A DNA stretch of 64,000 nucleotides from Candidatus Omnitrophota bacterium. GTDB lineage: Bacteria > Omnitrophota > Gorgyraeia > Gygaellales > Profunditerraquicolaceae. The position numbers and the translations under genes are program-made. The DNA lies in the NCBI GenBank assembly GCA_018812825.1, contig JAHJCJ010000069.1, positions 3,825 to 67,824 of the forward strand, given 5' to 3'. Shown one piece after another: positions 39,228-50,314 of the stretch (the first letter of the stretch is position 1; each line of letters starts with the position of its first letter). The notes below the pieces were generated by a model. That model had not been told where the DNA came from, made no database searches, and saw only the letters and a program-made list of their open reading frames with translations.

Positions 39228-40532
39228 TTAGCCGCCTATACAGACAGCCTCTTCCCTGGCCCAAACATCAGCAGCCATTATATCCGATAGATCCGGATTA
39301 ACTACTCTTGTGTGGCGCCGCATTACTTTTTCTACTATTTTTGGTATGGCTAAAAAATCAATCCGATTGTTTAAAAAATTATTTACACTAACCTCGTTCG
39401 CCGCATTCAAAACTGCTGGCATTGTCCCTAACTGCCTGGCTGCCTGATACGCAAGACTAAGGCAAGGAAACTTTCCCAGATCAGGTTTTCCAAAATGTAG
39501 TTTTTTTAGACGGTAAAAATCTATTCCCGGAAACTTATTAACCAGTCTCTGCGGATAAGTTAAAGCATATTGTATGGGTATACGCATATCCGCCTCTGAA
39601 AGTTGCGCCATGATTACGCCGTCATTGAACTCAACCATAGAATGGATCAAGGCCTCAGGATGAATCAATACCTTAATTTTTTCTACTCCTAAATTAAATA
39701 AAAACATCGCCTCAAGCAGCTCTAAACCTTTATTCATCAAAGTTGCCGAATCAACCGTTATCTTTCTACCCATCTTCCAACGGGGATGCCGCAATATTTT
39801 CTCCAAACCAACCCTTTTGAATTTACTGCGCGGTAAGCTCCTTAAAGGTCCTCCGGAAGCAGTCAGATATACCCGCCTGACATCGGATTGCCGAAAACCT
39901 CCCAGGCTCTGCCAGATCGCTGATTGCTCACTATCAACCGGCAGAACCCTAACCTTGTGTTTCTTTGCCAAACGCATAACCAAAGGACCGGCCATTACCA
40001 AAGCTTCCTTATTAGCCAAAGCAATATCTTTATTACTTCTAATCGCGGCAAGTAAAGGCTTAAGCGCAGCCGAACCGGTAATAGCGAACATTGCCAGATC
40101 GATTCTCTTATCTTTAACCATTTCGCTCAAGCCATCTTCTGCGCAAAAAACCTTTATTGATGAACTTAGATCGGCGCGTAGTTTACGGGCTGATTGTTCA
40201 TCTCTTACGCACACCAGTCGCGGCTTAAATTCTTTTATCTGCTGTTTTAATTTAACAATATCTGAATTAACGCTTAAAGCCTCAACCTTAAATTGCTGCG
40301 GCAGACTTCTAACCACCAAAAGCGTACTCTGTCCTATTGATCCGCTAGAACCTAACACCGCAATTCTCTTCACCCCGCACCTTCCTCTGTTAATTAATTT
40401 AAATCTAAATTTAATGCTTGAATAATAAGAAGACGCGGGATTTACCCCTTTTACACCTTCTCCTTTATTCATTTTTAAGCCAAACCCTATGCCCCTTCTA
40501 GCCATTAAACATAAAGAAGGCATAGGGTTCAT
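39228..40532 (-). CDS. dxr: 1-deoxy-D-xylulose 5-phosphate reductoisomerase
   Basis: The Dxr core begins at VKRIAVLGSSGSIG (GTG at 40373). The longer ORF, with its ATG at 40532 overlapping the cdsA stop, adds about 53 non-conserved residues, so the true start is uncertain. Confidence 0.85.
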   Translation of the reverse strand: MNPMPSLCLMARRGIGFGLKMNKGEGVKGVNPASSYYSSIKFRFKLINRGRCGVKRIAVLGSSGSIGQSTLLVVRSLPQQFKVEALSVNSDIVKLKQQIKEFKPRLVCVRDEQSARKLRADLSSSIKVFCAEDGLSEMVKDKRIDLAMFAITGSAALKPLLAAIRSNKDIALANKEALVMAGPLVMRLAKKHKVRVLPVDSEQSAIWQSLGGFRQSDVRRVYLTASGGPLRSLPRSKFKRVGLEKILRHPRWKMGRKITVDSATLMNKGLELLEAMFLFNLGVEKIKVLIHPEALIHSMVEFNDGVIMAQLSEADMRIPIQYALTYPQRLVNKFPGIDFYRLKKLHFGKPDLGKFPCLSLAYQAARQLGTMPAVLNAANEVSVNNFLNNRIDFLAIPKIVEKVMRRHTRVVNPDLSDIMAADVWAREEAVCIGG

Positions 40533-41323
40533 CTTACGATTACGCTAAGATAAAAATAAAATACCGGGGCAGTAAATAATAAACTATCAATCTGATCTAA
40601 TACCCCACCCATGCCCGGAAAAATACTTCCTGAATCCTTAATCTGACAGTCCCGCTTAAGCAGTGATTCAGAAAGATCACCCAATTGGCCAAGTACCCCT
40701 AAACAAATTGCAGTTAACAACAGCTGCCCATAACCAAAAGGCAAGAACGATTTACTGATTAACGCGCCTAAAACACTAAATAATAATCCGCCAAGCGCTC
40801 CTTCAATGGTCTTCTTTGGGCTTATATGCTGCATTAAAGGTCTTTTTCCCCAACGGCTTCCCACTAAATATGCCCCAATATCCCCCAATTTAACAATTAA
40901 CAATAAAGCCACCAGAAAACCAAATCCTCCTGAAAGATAGCGTATCTTTATGATAAAACTAAAAAACCAGGAAACATAAAGTATGCCAAAAAGCGTAGTC
41001 GAGATATCTACAATCACTCCAGAACTGTCCCGGCGTTTAAATTGCATAAGCAGAATAAAAAACAAAGCCAGGACAATAAAGAGCAACTCCCAGCTTTTAG
41101 TTGGCTCAAACCTGAACATGATAGATAGAGGAATAACCGCTCCCATGCCAATACCGAAATATTTATAGATATTTATCCCTTTTTTTTCAAGCATCATAAA
41201 ATATTCATATAATCCAACAATAATGAAAATAGTAGCTATTAATCCACAGAGCCAGTCAAAAAAAATCACTACTGAAATAACACTGATAAGTATGCCAGAA
41301 CTGATTATTCTTTTAACGAGCAT
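40529..41323 (-). CDS. cdsA: Phosphatidate cytidylyltransferase
   Basis: 264 aa polytopic membrane protein with the C-terminal CdsA signature. Sits in the conserved uppS-cdsA-dxr order. Confidence 0.8.
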   Translation of the reverse strand: MLVKRIISSGILISVISVVIFFDWLCGLIATIFIIVGLYEYFMMLEKKGINIYKYFGIGMGAVIPLSIMFRFEPTKSWELLFIVLALFFILLMQFKRRDSSGVIVDISTTLFGILYVSWFFSFIIKIRYLSGGFGFLVALLLIVKLGDIGAYLVGSRWGKRPLMQHISPKKTIEGALGGLLFSVLGALISKSFLPFGYGQLLLTAICLGVLGQLGDLSESLLKRDCQIKDSGSIFPGMGGVLDQIDSLLFTAPVFYFYLSVIVR

Positions 41324-42032
41324 CTAAGCCTCCAAACCTACGCTCTCTTTTTTGGTATTCTTTAATTGCTTCCCTTAATTCTTCCATCCCGAAATCCGGC
41401 CAGTATTCTTTAGAAAAATAAAACTCAGAATAAGAAAGCTGCCAGAGCAAGAAATTGCTGATACGCATCTCTTCGCTGGTGCGAATTAAAAGATCGGGAT
41501 CAGGAATATCCGCGGTATAAAAATAACGGCTAAATTGCTCCGACTCCAGGCTCTCAAGATCAGCCTTGCCAGTTAATACATCTTTTGCAAACTTCTTGGC
41601 AGCATCTACAATCTCCTGTCTGCCACCATAATTTAAAGCCAAAACAACCTTTAGGCCGGTATTACCACTGGTCTTTTCCTGTGCTTTTTTAATCTTTACT
41701 TGGAGATACTGAGGAATAGGATCATTTCTTCCGATAACCAAAAAGCGCATGTTATTCTTATGTAATTCAATAATCTCTTTATCCAGGAAATTACCCAGAT
41801 AGCGCATTAAGACATTAACTTCATTTTTTGGCCGGGACCAATTCTCTGTTGAAAAAGCAAAAAAAGTAACCGTCTGTATCCCTAATTGGCTTGCGCCACG
41901 GATAATCTCTTTTACGCGCTTTATCCCCTCCCGATGCCCGACAGTACGGCTCATGCCTTTTTCTTTTGCCCAGCGGCCGTTACCATCCATAATAAAAGCT
42001 ATATGCTTAGGGGTTTTAAGATTGTCCTGCAT
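41313..42032 (-). CDS. uppS: Undecaprenyl diphosphate synthase
   Basis: 239 aa. HIAFIMDGNGRWAK motif. Confidence 0.9.
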   Translation of the reverse strand: MQDNLKTPKHIAFIMDGNGRWAKEKGMSRTVGHREGIKRVKEIIRGASQLGIQTVTFFAFSTENWSRPKNEVNVLMRYLGNFLDKEIIELHKNNMRFLVIGRNDPIPQYLQVKIKKAQEKTSGNTGLKVVLALNYGGRQEIVDAAKKFAKDVLTGKADLESLESEQFSRYFYTADIPDPDLLIRTSEEMRISNFLLWQLSYSEFYFSKEYWPDFGMEELREAIKEYQKRERRFGGLDAR

Positions 42033-42033
42033 A

Positions 42034-43614
42034 CTACTGATGCACCTGATAATCTATATTAGGGAAGAGGTTGTCCTTATATTCAATATCTGAAAGCCAG
42101 TTCTCGTTAATATTATTAGACTTGACATCTTCATAAATCCGACTAAATCTTAATAGATGGTCCTTGGTGCGACGCACCGCATAGCTGGTATGCGTGCCCG
42201 TTCCCAGGATAAAAGCCCAATCAGAACTTTGCGCCAGAAGCAACTCGCGCAAGGCCTGGTTTAACGCCCGACGCAATAAGCCTTGGGCACCAGGATGGCT
42301 CCTGGTTAACTCGCTCATCCGGTCTGAAGCCATATGCAAGTGTCGATAGATCCAGTCATTTGCCCCTTGCAACCACATTTCCGAATACCCTTTATAACCC
42401 CAACTGGAAAGTGATGGGGTAATTACCTGATTACGTGGATTCTCCTCTAAATATTCCGAAGGGGTAATCATACGTATTTCATTCTGATCGCAGGCAATTT
42501 TGCGGAAAAGAAAATCCAGCCACATCGGCCCCTCATACCACCAATGCCCAAAAAGCTCAGCGTCATACGGCGAGACAATAATCGGCGGTTTATTCATAAG
42601 GTCGTTAAGATAGCTCGCCTGTTTTTGGCGATTAAACATAAAATTACCAGCATGCTCTGCTACACGCTCCCTTGCCCATTCCGGAACATAGGGCTCCTTA
42701 TGATTGCCAGTACCGCTAATGCGATAATATTTTATCCCCGTATTAATACGCACTCCGTCGGGATGAATATATGGCTTAATATAATCAAACTCCAAGTCAA
42801 AACCAACATCACGGTAAAATTCTCTATAGTTATAATCTCCAGGATAACCTTCAATAGAAGACCAAACCTGTTTTGATGATTCCAGATCCCTGCCAAAACA
42901 AGCTACTCCTGTACCTTTACAATAAACCGGAGCAAAAACTCCATATTTAGGACGCGGCGTCCCATGCAGCAGGCCATGAGAATCAGTAAAAAAATAACGT
43001 ATACCGGCCTCGCGAAATATCTCATCATGTCCGGGGAAAAACCCGCATTCCGGCAGCCAAATACCCCGCGGCCTTCTATCAAAGACGCTTTCATAATGAT
43101 CTGCTGCCACTCTTACTTGTGCGCGCACCGAATCCCGGCAAACATCCATAAGCGGAAAGAACCCATGCGTAGCACCACAGGTAATTATCTCAACCTTACC
43201 TAGATCCTGAAATTTCTTAAAGGCATACACTAGATTACAACTATACTTTTGGAAGGTATCCCGGGCATGCGAAAATCTGTTAAAATACATCTCTGCCAGG
43301 CGCCTGAATGCCTCCTGCCACTTAGTCCTTTCCATTTCTTTTTGGGATAACTCAATAAGTTTATTTATATGCTTTAAATAACGCTCCTGCAACAGAGGAT
43401 CTGCAAGCATAGAGATAAGCGTGGGGCTTAAAGTCATGGTAATCCGAAAGTCTACCCCGTCGGCAACCAGGCCTTCAAAAACAGAAATCAGCGGTACATA
43501 AGTCTCAGTGATTGCCTCATAAAGCCAATCTTCTTCCAAGAAATCTTCATGTTCCGGGTGGCGCACAAAAGGCAAGTGGCCATGTAAAACTAAACAAAGA
43601 TATCCTTTAGGCAT
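42034..43614 (-). CDS. Glycoside hydrolase family 57 alpha-glucan branching-type enzyme
   Basis: 526 aa. The N-terminal motif YLCLVLHGHLPFVRHPE is typical of GH57 branching enzymes and amylopullulanases. Confidence 0.75.
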   Translation of the reverse strand: MPKGYLCLVLHGHLPFVRHPEHEDFLEEDWLYEAITETYVPLISVFEGLVADGVDFRITMTLSPTLISMLADPLLQERYLKHINKLIELSQKEMERTKWQEAFRRLAEMYFNRFSHARDTFQKYSCNLVYAFKKFQDLGKVEIITCGATHGFFPLMDVCRDSVRAQVRVAADHYESVFDRRPRGIWLPECGFFPGHDEIFREAGIRYFFTDSHGLLHGTPRPKYGVFAPVYCKGTGVACFGRDLESSKQVWSSIEGYPGDYNYREFYRDVGFDLEFDYIKPYIHPDGVRINTGIKYYRISGTGNHKEPYVPEWARERVAEHAGNFMFNRQKQASYLNDLMNKPPIIVSPYDAELFGHWWYEGPMWLDFLFRKIACDQNEIRMITPSEYLEENPRNQVITPSLSSWGYKGYSEMWLQGANDWIYRHLHMASDRMSELTRSHPGAQGLLRRALNQALRELLLAQSSDWAFILGTGTHTSYAVRRTKDHLLRFSRIYEDVKSNNINENWLSDIEYKDNLFPNIDYQVHQ

Positions 43615-43618
43615 GGGT

Positions 43619-44596
43619 TTATTTGGTTTCTCGCATTACGATTGGAGTAATAACACGCTCTTCTAATTTATCCGCGGAGGTCGCTTTAACCGGGATTATC
43701 TGCTTGCCATCCGGCAAATAATAGCGCAAGGTAAAAGTACCATCAGGCCTTAAATTAATCGGCATCCCCTGCACCGTAACTTTAGCGTCGGGCTGAGTCG
43801 CTCCATAAACAATTAGTTCACAATCTACTTTCATCCAAAAGCTTCTCTCCTTAACCTCTTTTCTTACCGGGCTGGAGGAGATCCCGGAGCTGAACAAACC
43901 CTGTTTAATACGTTCCTGCCAGCCGCGGCCTACCAAAGAACTCCTACCTAAACCAAAACCCATCCCATAAAGCCTGGCAAATACATCATCCGGGATCATC
44001 CATTCTTCATCAGTAACCCATGACGGGCCATCCAAAGGAGTCGCAACGACATTAGAACGTAAAATAGTAATGAATCTGCCATCGGTTAACATTAACCCGA
44101 GATCCACGCACCAGGAACGCCCAGGCCCTGCCGTATCAATATACCAGCTATTGGCGAAATCATTGTATTGGATATCAAAAAAACTATTGGCATTAAAACC
44201 ATTAAAGATAATATTAGTAACATCGTAAACCCTTAAAATTTTTTTTGCGCGGTAGAAATCATCTCCTAATTTACTTTTCAGGCTTTCAATGGTCTGATTC
44301 CTTAACTCCCAGTACGCATGCAACCAACGCGGATCACGCACCTGCAAAATAATCTTATCCTGATCATAAAAAGAGGGAATATCCTGAGGCATAGCGCTCC
44401 TGGCGCGCGTATTTTCCGGATGAGAAAATTTTGTATTAACGGCAATGGTCTCCTGAAAACCAGGAATATCTTTGGTTATAAAAACCCCTGCTGGGTCAGC
44501 AATAAACGATTTCTTTTTCTTTGGCTTTAGAGAAACAAGCTTAATAGGAATAATCTTCTTTAGCTTATCTTTTACTTTATTTAATATTCTCATCAA
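43619..44596 (-). CDS. DUF4912-family protein (commonly paired with GH57 genes)
   Basis: 325 aa. The conserved block DPRWLHAYWEL is recalled as characteristic of DUF4912. Adjacent and co-directional with the GH57 gene. Confidence 0.55.
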   Translation of the reverse strand: MMRILNKVKDKLKKIIPIKLVSLKPKKKKSFIADPAGVFITKDIPGFQETIAVNTKFSHPENTRARSAMPQDIPSFYDQDKIILQVRDPRWLHAYWELRNQTIESLKSKLGDDFYRAKKILRVYDVTNIIFNGFNANSFFDIQYNDFANSWYIDTAGPGRSWCVDLGLMLTDGRFITILRSNVVATPLDGPSWVTDEEWMIPDDVFARLYGMGFGLGRSSLVGRGWQERIKQGLFSSGISSSPVRKEVKERSFWMKVDCELIVYGATQPDAKVTVQGMPINLRPDGTFTLRYYLPDGKQIIPVKATSADKLEERVITPIVMRETK

Positions 44597-44612
44597 CCCA
44601 CCTCCCTTTAAT

Positions 44613-44637
44613 AAAAACGGGGATTATCTCCCCTTTT
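44613..44637 (-). terminator. Rho-independent terminator (minus-strand RNA: ggggagauaaucccc followed by GUUUUUAUU)
   Basis: 5-bp G/C stem with a U-run on the minus strand. Located between the 113-aa gene and the DUF4912 RBS. Confidence 0.45.
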
Positions 44638-44719
44638 CACAGAACAATTGCTGCGTTCATTTGAACTCCCCTTATTTCATTTATAGGATTATTACCCGCT
44701 TAGCGATACCCTTTTTAAA

Positions 44720-45061
44720 TCATTTTCCAGGGGCCTCTTTAAGCTTAGTTACATTTTTCAGCTCTTCTTTGAGGCCTTGGTTTACCAACTGCTCTTGGAC
44801 TAAAATTCCTTTGGTTTCTTCAAGCGCTGTCCTTACCTCTTCAGCCTCTTTTTCCTTTGCCTTGGCCCTTTCCTCTAAAGCTGACCTCTCCTGGGAGAAT
44901 TTGTTAATCTTTTCTTCTAACTGAAGACGCACAGCCATTTCTTTATCACGGCCGGATTTTTGGCGCATCGCGCTGTTATAAAAACTAAGTGTACCGAAAA
45001 AGAATATCGTCGTGCTTATCGCTAAAATAATAACTATGCGGTTCTTTAAAGCATCTTCCAT
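44720..45061 (-). CDS. Small membrane-anchored coiled-coil protein
   Basis: 113 aa: one N-terminal transmembrane helix followed by a Glu/Lys-rich coiled-coil. Confidence 0.4.
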   Translation of the reverse strand: MEDALKNRIVIILAISTTIFFFGTLSFYNSAMRQKSGRDKEMAVRLQLEEKINKFSQERSALEERAKAKEKEAEEVRTALEETKGILVQEQLVNQGLKEELKNVTKLKEAPGK

Positions 45062-45102
45062 TTTTTAGTCTAAATTCCCCATCGCTTAAACACTACCTTG
45101 GC

Positions 45103-45795
45103 TTATTTAAGATTATCTTCAGATTCTTTGAGCTCAAATGAATCCGTATTAAGATTATCCTCAGGGGCCTTCAATCCAGAGGACCCCTTGAAACCACCTT
45201 TAACTTTAGAAATATTAGGCAAGATGACTATCTCTACCCTGCGGTTCTGCTTACGGCCATCTATAGTTTCATTAGAATCTACCGGCCGGTATTCTCCGTA
45301 ACCAATTGCAGACAAACGTTCAGGCGCGATTCCCTGGTTATTGACTAAATAGTGCAAGACACTTAAGGCCCGAGCAGTAGAAAGCTCCCAATTAGACTTC
45401 CAACCGGAAAGCTTAATCGGGACATTATCGGTATGACCTTCAATACCCACGTTAAACTGCCCCATATCGTCTTTTAATATCGCCGCTACCTTATCTAATA
45501 AAGGATAGGCCTCAAGCCTGATCTTGGATTTTCCGGAATCAAACAAAAGGTCTCCAACCACGGTAATGACCAGCCCCTTCTCCATCATCTGGAGCTTTAT
45601 CTGTTTATCATTTATCTCCTGCCCGAGCTTCTGTTCAAGCATACTCTTGGAGCGCAAAAGTTCATCCAGCTGAGCATTTAATTCCTCAATTTTCTGGGCA
45701 TCAGAGCGCCTGCCTTTCTGGAAAACAAAACTACACCCTGCCAGGCTTAAAGTTATAAATAAAACTAATGTAAATTTAAGCAAATTATTTCTCAT
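45103..45795 (-). CDS. OmpA/MotB-family peptidoglycan-associated lipoprotein
   Basis: 230 aa. Signal peptide with lipobox LAGC, a coiled-coil, and an OmpA C-terminal domain (TDNVPIKLSGWKSNWELSTARA). Confidence 0.8.
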   Translation of the reverse strand: MRNNLLKFTLVLFITLSLAGCSFVFQKGRRSDAQKIEELNAQLDELLRSKSMLEQKLGQEINDKQIKLQMMEKGLVITVVGDLLFDSGKSKIRLEAYPLLDKVAAILKDDMGQFNVGIEGHTDNVPIKLSGWKSNWELSTARALSVLHYLVNNQGIAPERLSAIGYGEYRPVDSNETIDGRKQNRRVEIVILPNISKVKGGFKGSSGLKAPEDNLNTDSFELKESEDNLK

Positions 45796-45912
45796 CTTGA
45801 CTCTCCTTGGTTTTGGTTATCGGTAACCAAACTACGGCCCCTACCTGTTTAATTGAAATTTAAATATAACATAACCTCTTCTTGTAGTCAAGGGTTTTAT
45901 CCAGTCTACGGC

Positions 45913-47277
<1,365 letters not shown>

Positions 47278-47334
47278 GAGCTTATCACGAAAATATAAAG
47301 ATATTTTCGTGATACCTAAGCGAAGGATCTTTTT

Positions 47335-48573
47335 CTATGGTGTCATTGTAAAAATCTTATGCGCGATATCCGGATACCTTGCAATAAAATTCAACTCATC
47401 ATCAACCAACGGCTTCTGATTATGCACATTAGCATACCGGACCAGTTCCAATATGCGCGTAGCCTCGGCATCATCCTTAAAAGCCACCTCTAATTTTTCA
47501 TAAACATTGCGGAACCCCTTAATCCCGGAATATTCACCGGCAGTAATCTTCCTGCCCGTCTCAATTATCTCCGGCTCTCCGCGGCCAAGCTCCTCGTAAT
47601 CATAAAGCTCATAATTACGCCTGTCTTTTAATGCCCCGTCGGCATGGATCCCGGATTCATGGGCAAAGGCATTAGCCCCCACCCCAGGCTGGTTAATAGG
47701 AATAGGCACGCCAAAAGCATAAGAAGCATATTTACAAATCTTCCAGGCCATCTTTAAATCCACTTTTTCATCTAAATGATAATCCTGCATTCCCTGGCCG
47801 AATTTAATCGCTAAAATTACCGAAACCAGATCCGCATTACCCGCACGCTCACCCATACCATTAACACAGGTGTTAATATATGCATCTACCCCGGCATCAT
47901 TGGCTGCTTTGGCTCCGGCAATAGAATTAGCCACTACCAAACCCAAATCATTATGACAATGCACCTCGATAGGAATCCCCACTGCTTCGGCCAATAATTT
48001 TATACGTTCGTATATACTAAAAGGAATATCGCATCCTAATGTATCGCAGTAACGGATCCTGTTGGCTCCTGCCTTTTTTGCCTTAACAGCAAACTCGACG
48101 AGATATTCTATGTCGGTACGCGAGGCATCTTCAGAATTTACTCCGATAGTCTCTGCTCCTAATTTTATCGCCTCGCCTACCGCATCCTCCATCTCCTGGA
48201 TTACCGATTGGTGATCCAGCTTGCCTTTAAATTTATGAATAATCATCTGATCACTGGTTGAGATGGAAAGATTAATGTACTTTAAATGCGGCACTAGCGC
48301 AAAAGCAGCCCTTACATCTTCTTTTGTCGCGCGTAACCAACCGCTTAGCCTGATATTAGAAAATCCACCTAATTTAACCAGCTCTAAATTGGCATTCAGG
48401 TAATTTGTTTCATGACGCGTAAGTGGAAAACCAAACTCCGACTGAAAAACCCCCATCTTGTCCAGATACCAGTTAATCATAGTCTTTTGCAGTTTAGACA
48501 AACAAATACGCGAAGTCTGCACCCCGTCGCGATTAGTTACATCGAACAAATAAATCTTCGGTTTATGCGCCAT
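47335..48573 (-). CDS. HMGL-like acyltransferase of the 2-isopropylmalate / homocitrate / citramalate synthase family (short form without the LeuA regulatory domain)
   Basis: 412 aa. Motifs FDVTNRDGVQT (a DTTLRDGEQ variant) and HCHNDLGLVVANSIAGAKAANDAG (HxH metal site). Substrate specificity cannot be decided from sequence. Confidence 0.7.
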   Translation of the reverse strand: MAHKPKIYLFDVTNRDGVQTSRICLSKLQKTMINWYLDKMGVFQSEFGFPLTRHETNYLNANLELVKLGGFSNIRLSGWLRATKEDVRAAFALVPHLKYINLSISTSDQMIIHKFKGKLDHQSVIQEMEDAVGEAIKLGAETIGVNSEDASRTDIEYLVEFAVKAKKAGANRIRYCDTLGCDIPFSIYERIKLLAEAVGIPIEVHCHNDLGLVVANSIAGAKAANDAGVDAYINTCVNGMGERAGNADLVSVILAIKFGQGMQDYHLDEKVDLKMAWKICKYASYAFGVPIPINQPGVGANAFAHESGIHADGALKDRRNYELYDYEELGRGEPEIIETGRKITAGEYSGIKGFRNVYEKLEVAFKDDAEATRILELVRYANVHNQKPLVDDELNFIARYPDIAHKIFTMTP

Positions 48574-48592
48574 ATTTTTTCTCCTACGTTGC

Positions 48593-50314
48593 TTACTTTT
48601 TTATTATTTTCCTGAGCTCTTCTTTATTCGGCACCCCACGTGAAGAAAATATCTGATAGTTATCCAAAAGATAACTCAGGCCAAAACTAACCTGGAGTTC
48701 TTTATTTAAAGCAATATTTTCTCTAAGCAATTCTGCCCCCTCAGGGCCCCTGGCACAGGTTTTAATTTTAAGCGCATCGGCTTCGTTAAAACAATCCTCC
48801 CACCATGAACTATTAATATTCTTTGCGCGGCAAATTAAATAATCCCAGAACTTCTGCGGATAATACTTCTGCACGCATACCCCACGCAGACATTCTTCTA
48901 TTTCAAGCGCGCCGTTCTTAGCATCAAACCCCTTATCATTTTCTATTGCCAGGAAATGCAAGCTTGGGCTAAATTCTCTTAACACCGTAAGAATCCCGGC
49001 AGCGTCTTTATCAAATATGCTGAAAAATAAATCCAAATTCCCTTTTTTAACCTGACGGTCAATAAAATAAGATACGCCGCTTACCTGCGGCTTAAGTAAA
49101 TACAATTCGCCAATTAATTCCAGGTTATTCTTGAACCCGTCGAAGTTCTTTTCTTTTTCTACTTCCCTACCGATAATGTAAGCAGGTAAAACCTTAATAG
49201 ATAAATTCTTAATCATATTCTGCGCCCGTTTTTTATCAACATATTCAGCGCAAATGCCGGGGAATTGTTTTTTCAGCAACTCCAGGACCGGCCCTGTATT
49301 ACAAACAACACAGTCCTTTGCATTTATTACAGTCAACTTTAACTTATTCGGTTCAGTGAACAAGCAACTGGCGCTAAGCTTACCTGGATTCTGACAGCTA
49401 CCAGTCAACTCATCCTTCTTGCAGTTGGTATCGGAATAGCAACGCGGTAGTATTGCAAGTACATCAGGATCATCGGCGATCTTATCTGAGAGCCGGATCT
49501 CTTCAGTCTTACAGTTTAAAAGCTTGCCATTCTCAATTTCCAGTGACAATTTTCCAAGCTTGCGACCCTGCCAAGACGGGCGCACAATAAAAGTAGAACC
49601 CACTTTAACTTCCAGATCTTCTTTAGTCAAATTATGCCCCATAAAGAGTATATCTATACCCTTGACCTTAGAAATTAAATCTAAATCTTCTTTTTTGCCC
49701 AAAGTGCTTAAAACGATCACCACTTCTACACCTTCATTCTTAAGCCGGCTGACCAGCTGATTTATCGCCCTAGGTTGGCTAACCTTTAAACCTTCTGATT
49801 TTTGACTGGCAGCTAAATTAGTTAAACCAATAATCCCTATCTTTACCCCGGAAACCTGTTTAACAATATAAGGCTTCACTTTATCCGACTCTAAATTAAC
49901 ACTTAAGAAAACAGGATTATTCTTTCTGGCATTCTTTAAAAAGAAATCTTTGCCAAAATTAAACTCATCGCTGCTTATGCCTACGGCATCATATTGCATC
50001 AACTCCATGGCCTTAAGGTTTACTTCACTGCGCTGCATATCTAACTGGGTATTCTGGGTATATTCATCCATCAGCCCGCCGGCTGTAAAGCTACCACAGT
50101 CTAAAAGCAAGAGCCCCGGGTGTTTCTTTCTTAATTCTTTTACCAGTGAAACTCGACGGCTAATCCCGCCATCCTGCTCAATAGGACAACTACAGGGATA
50201 AAGCATGGCGTGAGTGTTTCCGGAATAAAGGATAATTATTTCTTTAGCGTAAAGATTGCCAGTTGTTAATACAGCTAGCACAAAAAAAAGCAAAATGGTT
50301 TTAATGTTTTTCAT
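48593..50314 (-). CDS. Secreted two-domain hypothetical protein, Cys-rich, possibly with a C-terminal thioredoxin/DsbA-like fold
   Basis: 573 aa with a signal peptide, 14 cysteines and no confidently recognised family. Overlaps the serA stop by 4 bp. Confidence 0.35.
   Translation of the reverse strand: MKNIKTILLFFVLAVLTTGNLYAKEIIILYSGNTHAMLYPCSCPIEQDGGISRRVSLVKELRKKHPGLLLLDCGSFTAGGLMDEYTQNTQLDMQRSEVNLKAMELMQYDAVGISSDEFNFGKDFFLKNARKNNPVFLSVNLESDKVKPYIVKQVSGVKIGIIGLTNLAASQKSEGLKVSQPRAINQLVSRLKNEGVEVVIVLSTLGKKEDLDLISKVKGIDILFMGHNLTKEDLEVKVGSTFIVRPSWQGRKLGKLSLEIENGKLLNCKTEEIRLSDKIADDPDVLAILPRCYSDTNCKKDELTGSCQNPGKLSASCLFTEPNKLKLTVINAKDCVVCNTGPVLELLKKQFPGICAEYVDKKRAQNMIKNLSIKVLPAYIIGREVEKEKNFDGFKNNLELIGELYLLKPQVSGVSYFIDRQVKKGNLDLFFSIFDKDAAGILTVLREFSPSLHFLAIENDKGFDAKNGALEIEECLRGVCVQKYYPQKFWDYLICRAKNINSSWWEDCFNEADALKIKTCARGPEGAELLRENIALNKELQVSFGLSYLLDNYQIFSSRGVPNKEELRKIIKK

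Noticed and set aside
40374-40532. The 53-residue N-terminal extension of dxr (MNPMPSLCLMARRGIGFG...)
   Set aside because: It is not conserved in Dxr. The core starts at VKRIAVLGSSGSIG with a possible GTG at 40373, and the extension is probably untranslated. The ORF coordinates are kept in the feature list, but the start is flagged as uncertain.
45813-45830. Perfect hairpin ttggtta-tcg-taaccaa just upstream of the OmpA-lipoprotein SD
   Set aside because: It is a single short AT-rich stem without a U-tract, conservation or second copy. Nothing distinguishes it from chance.
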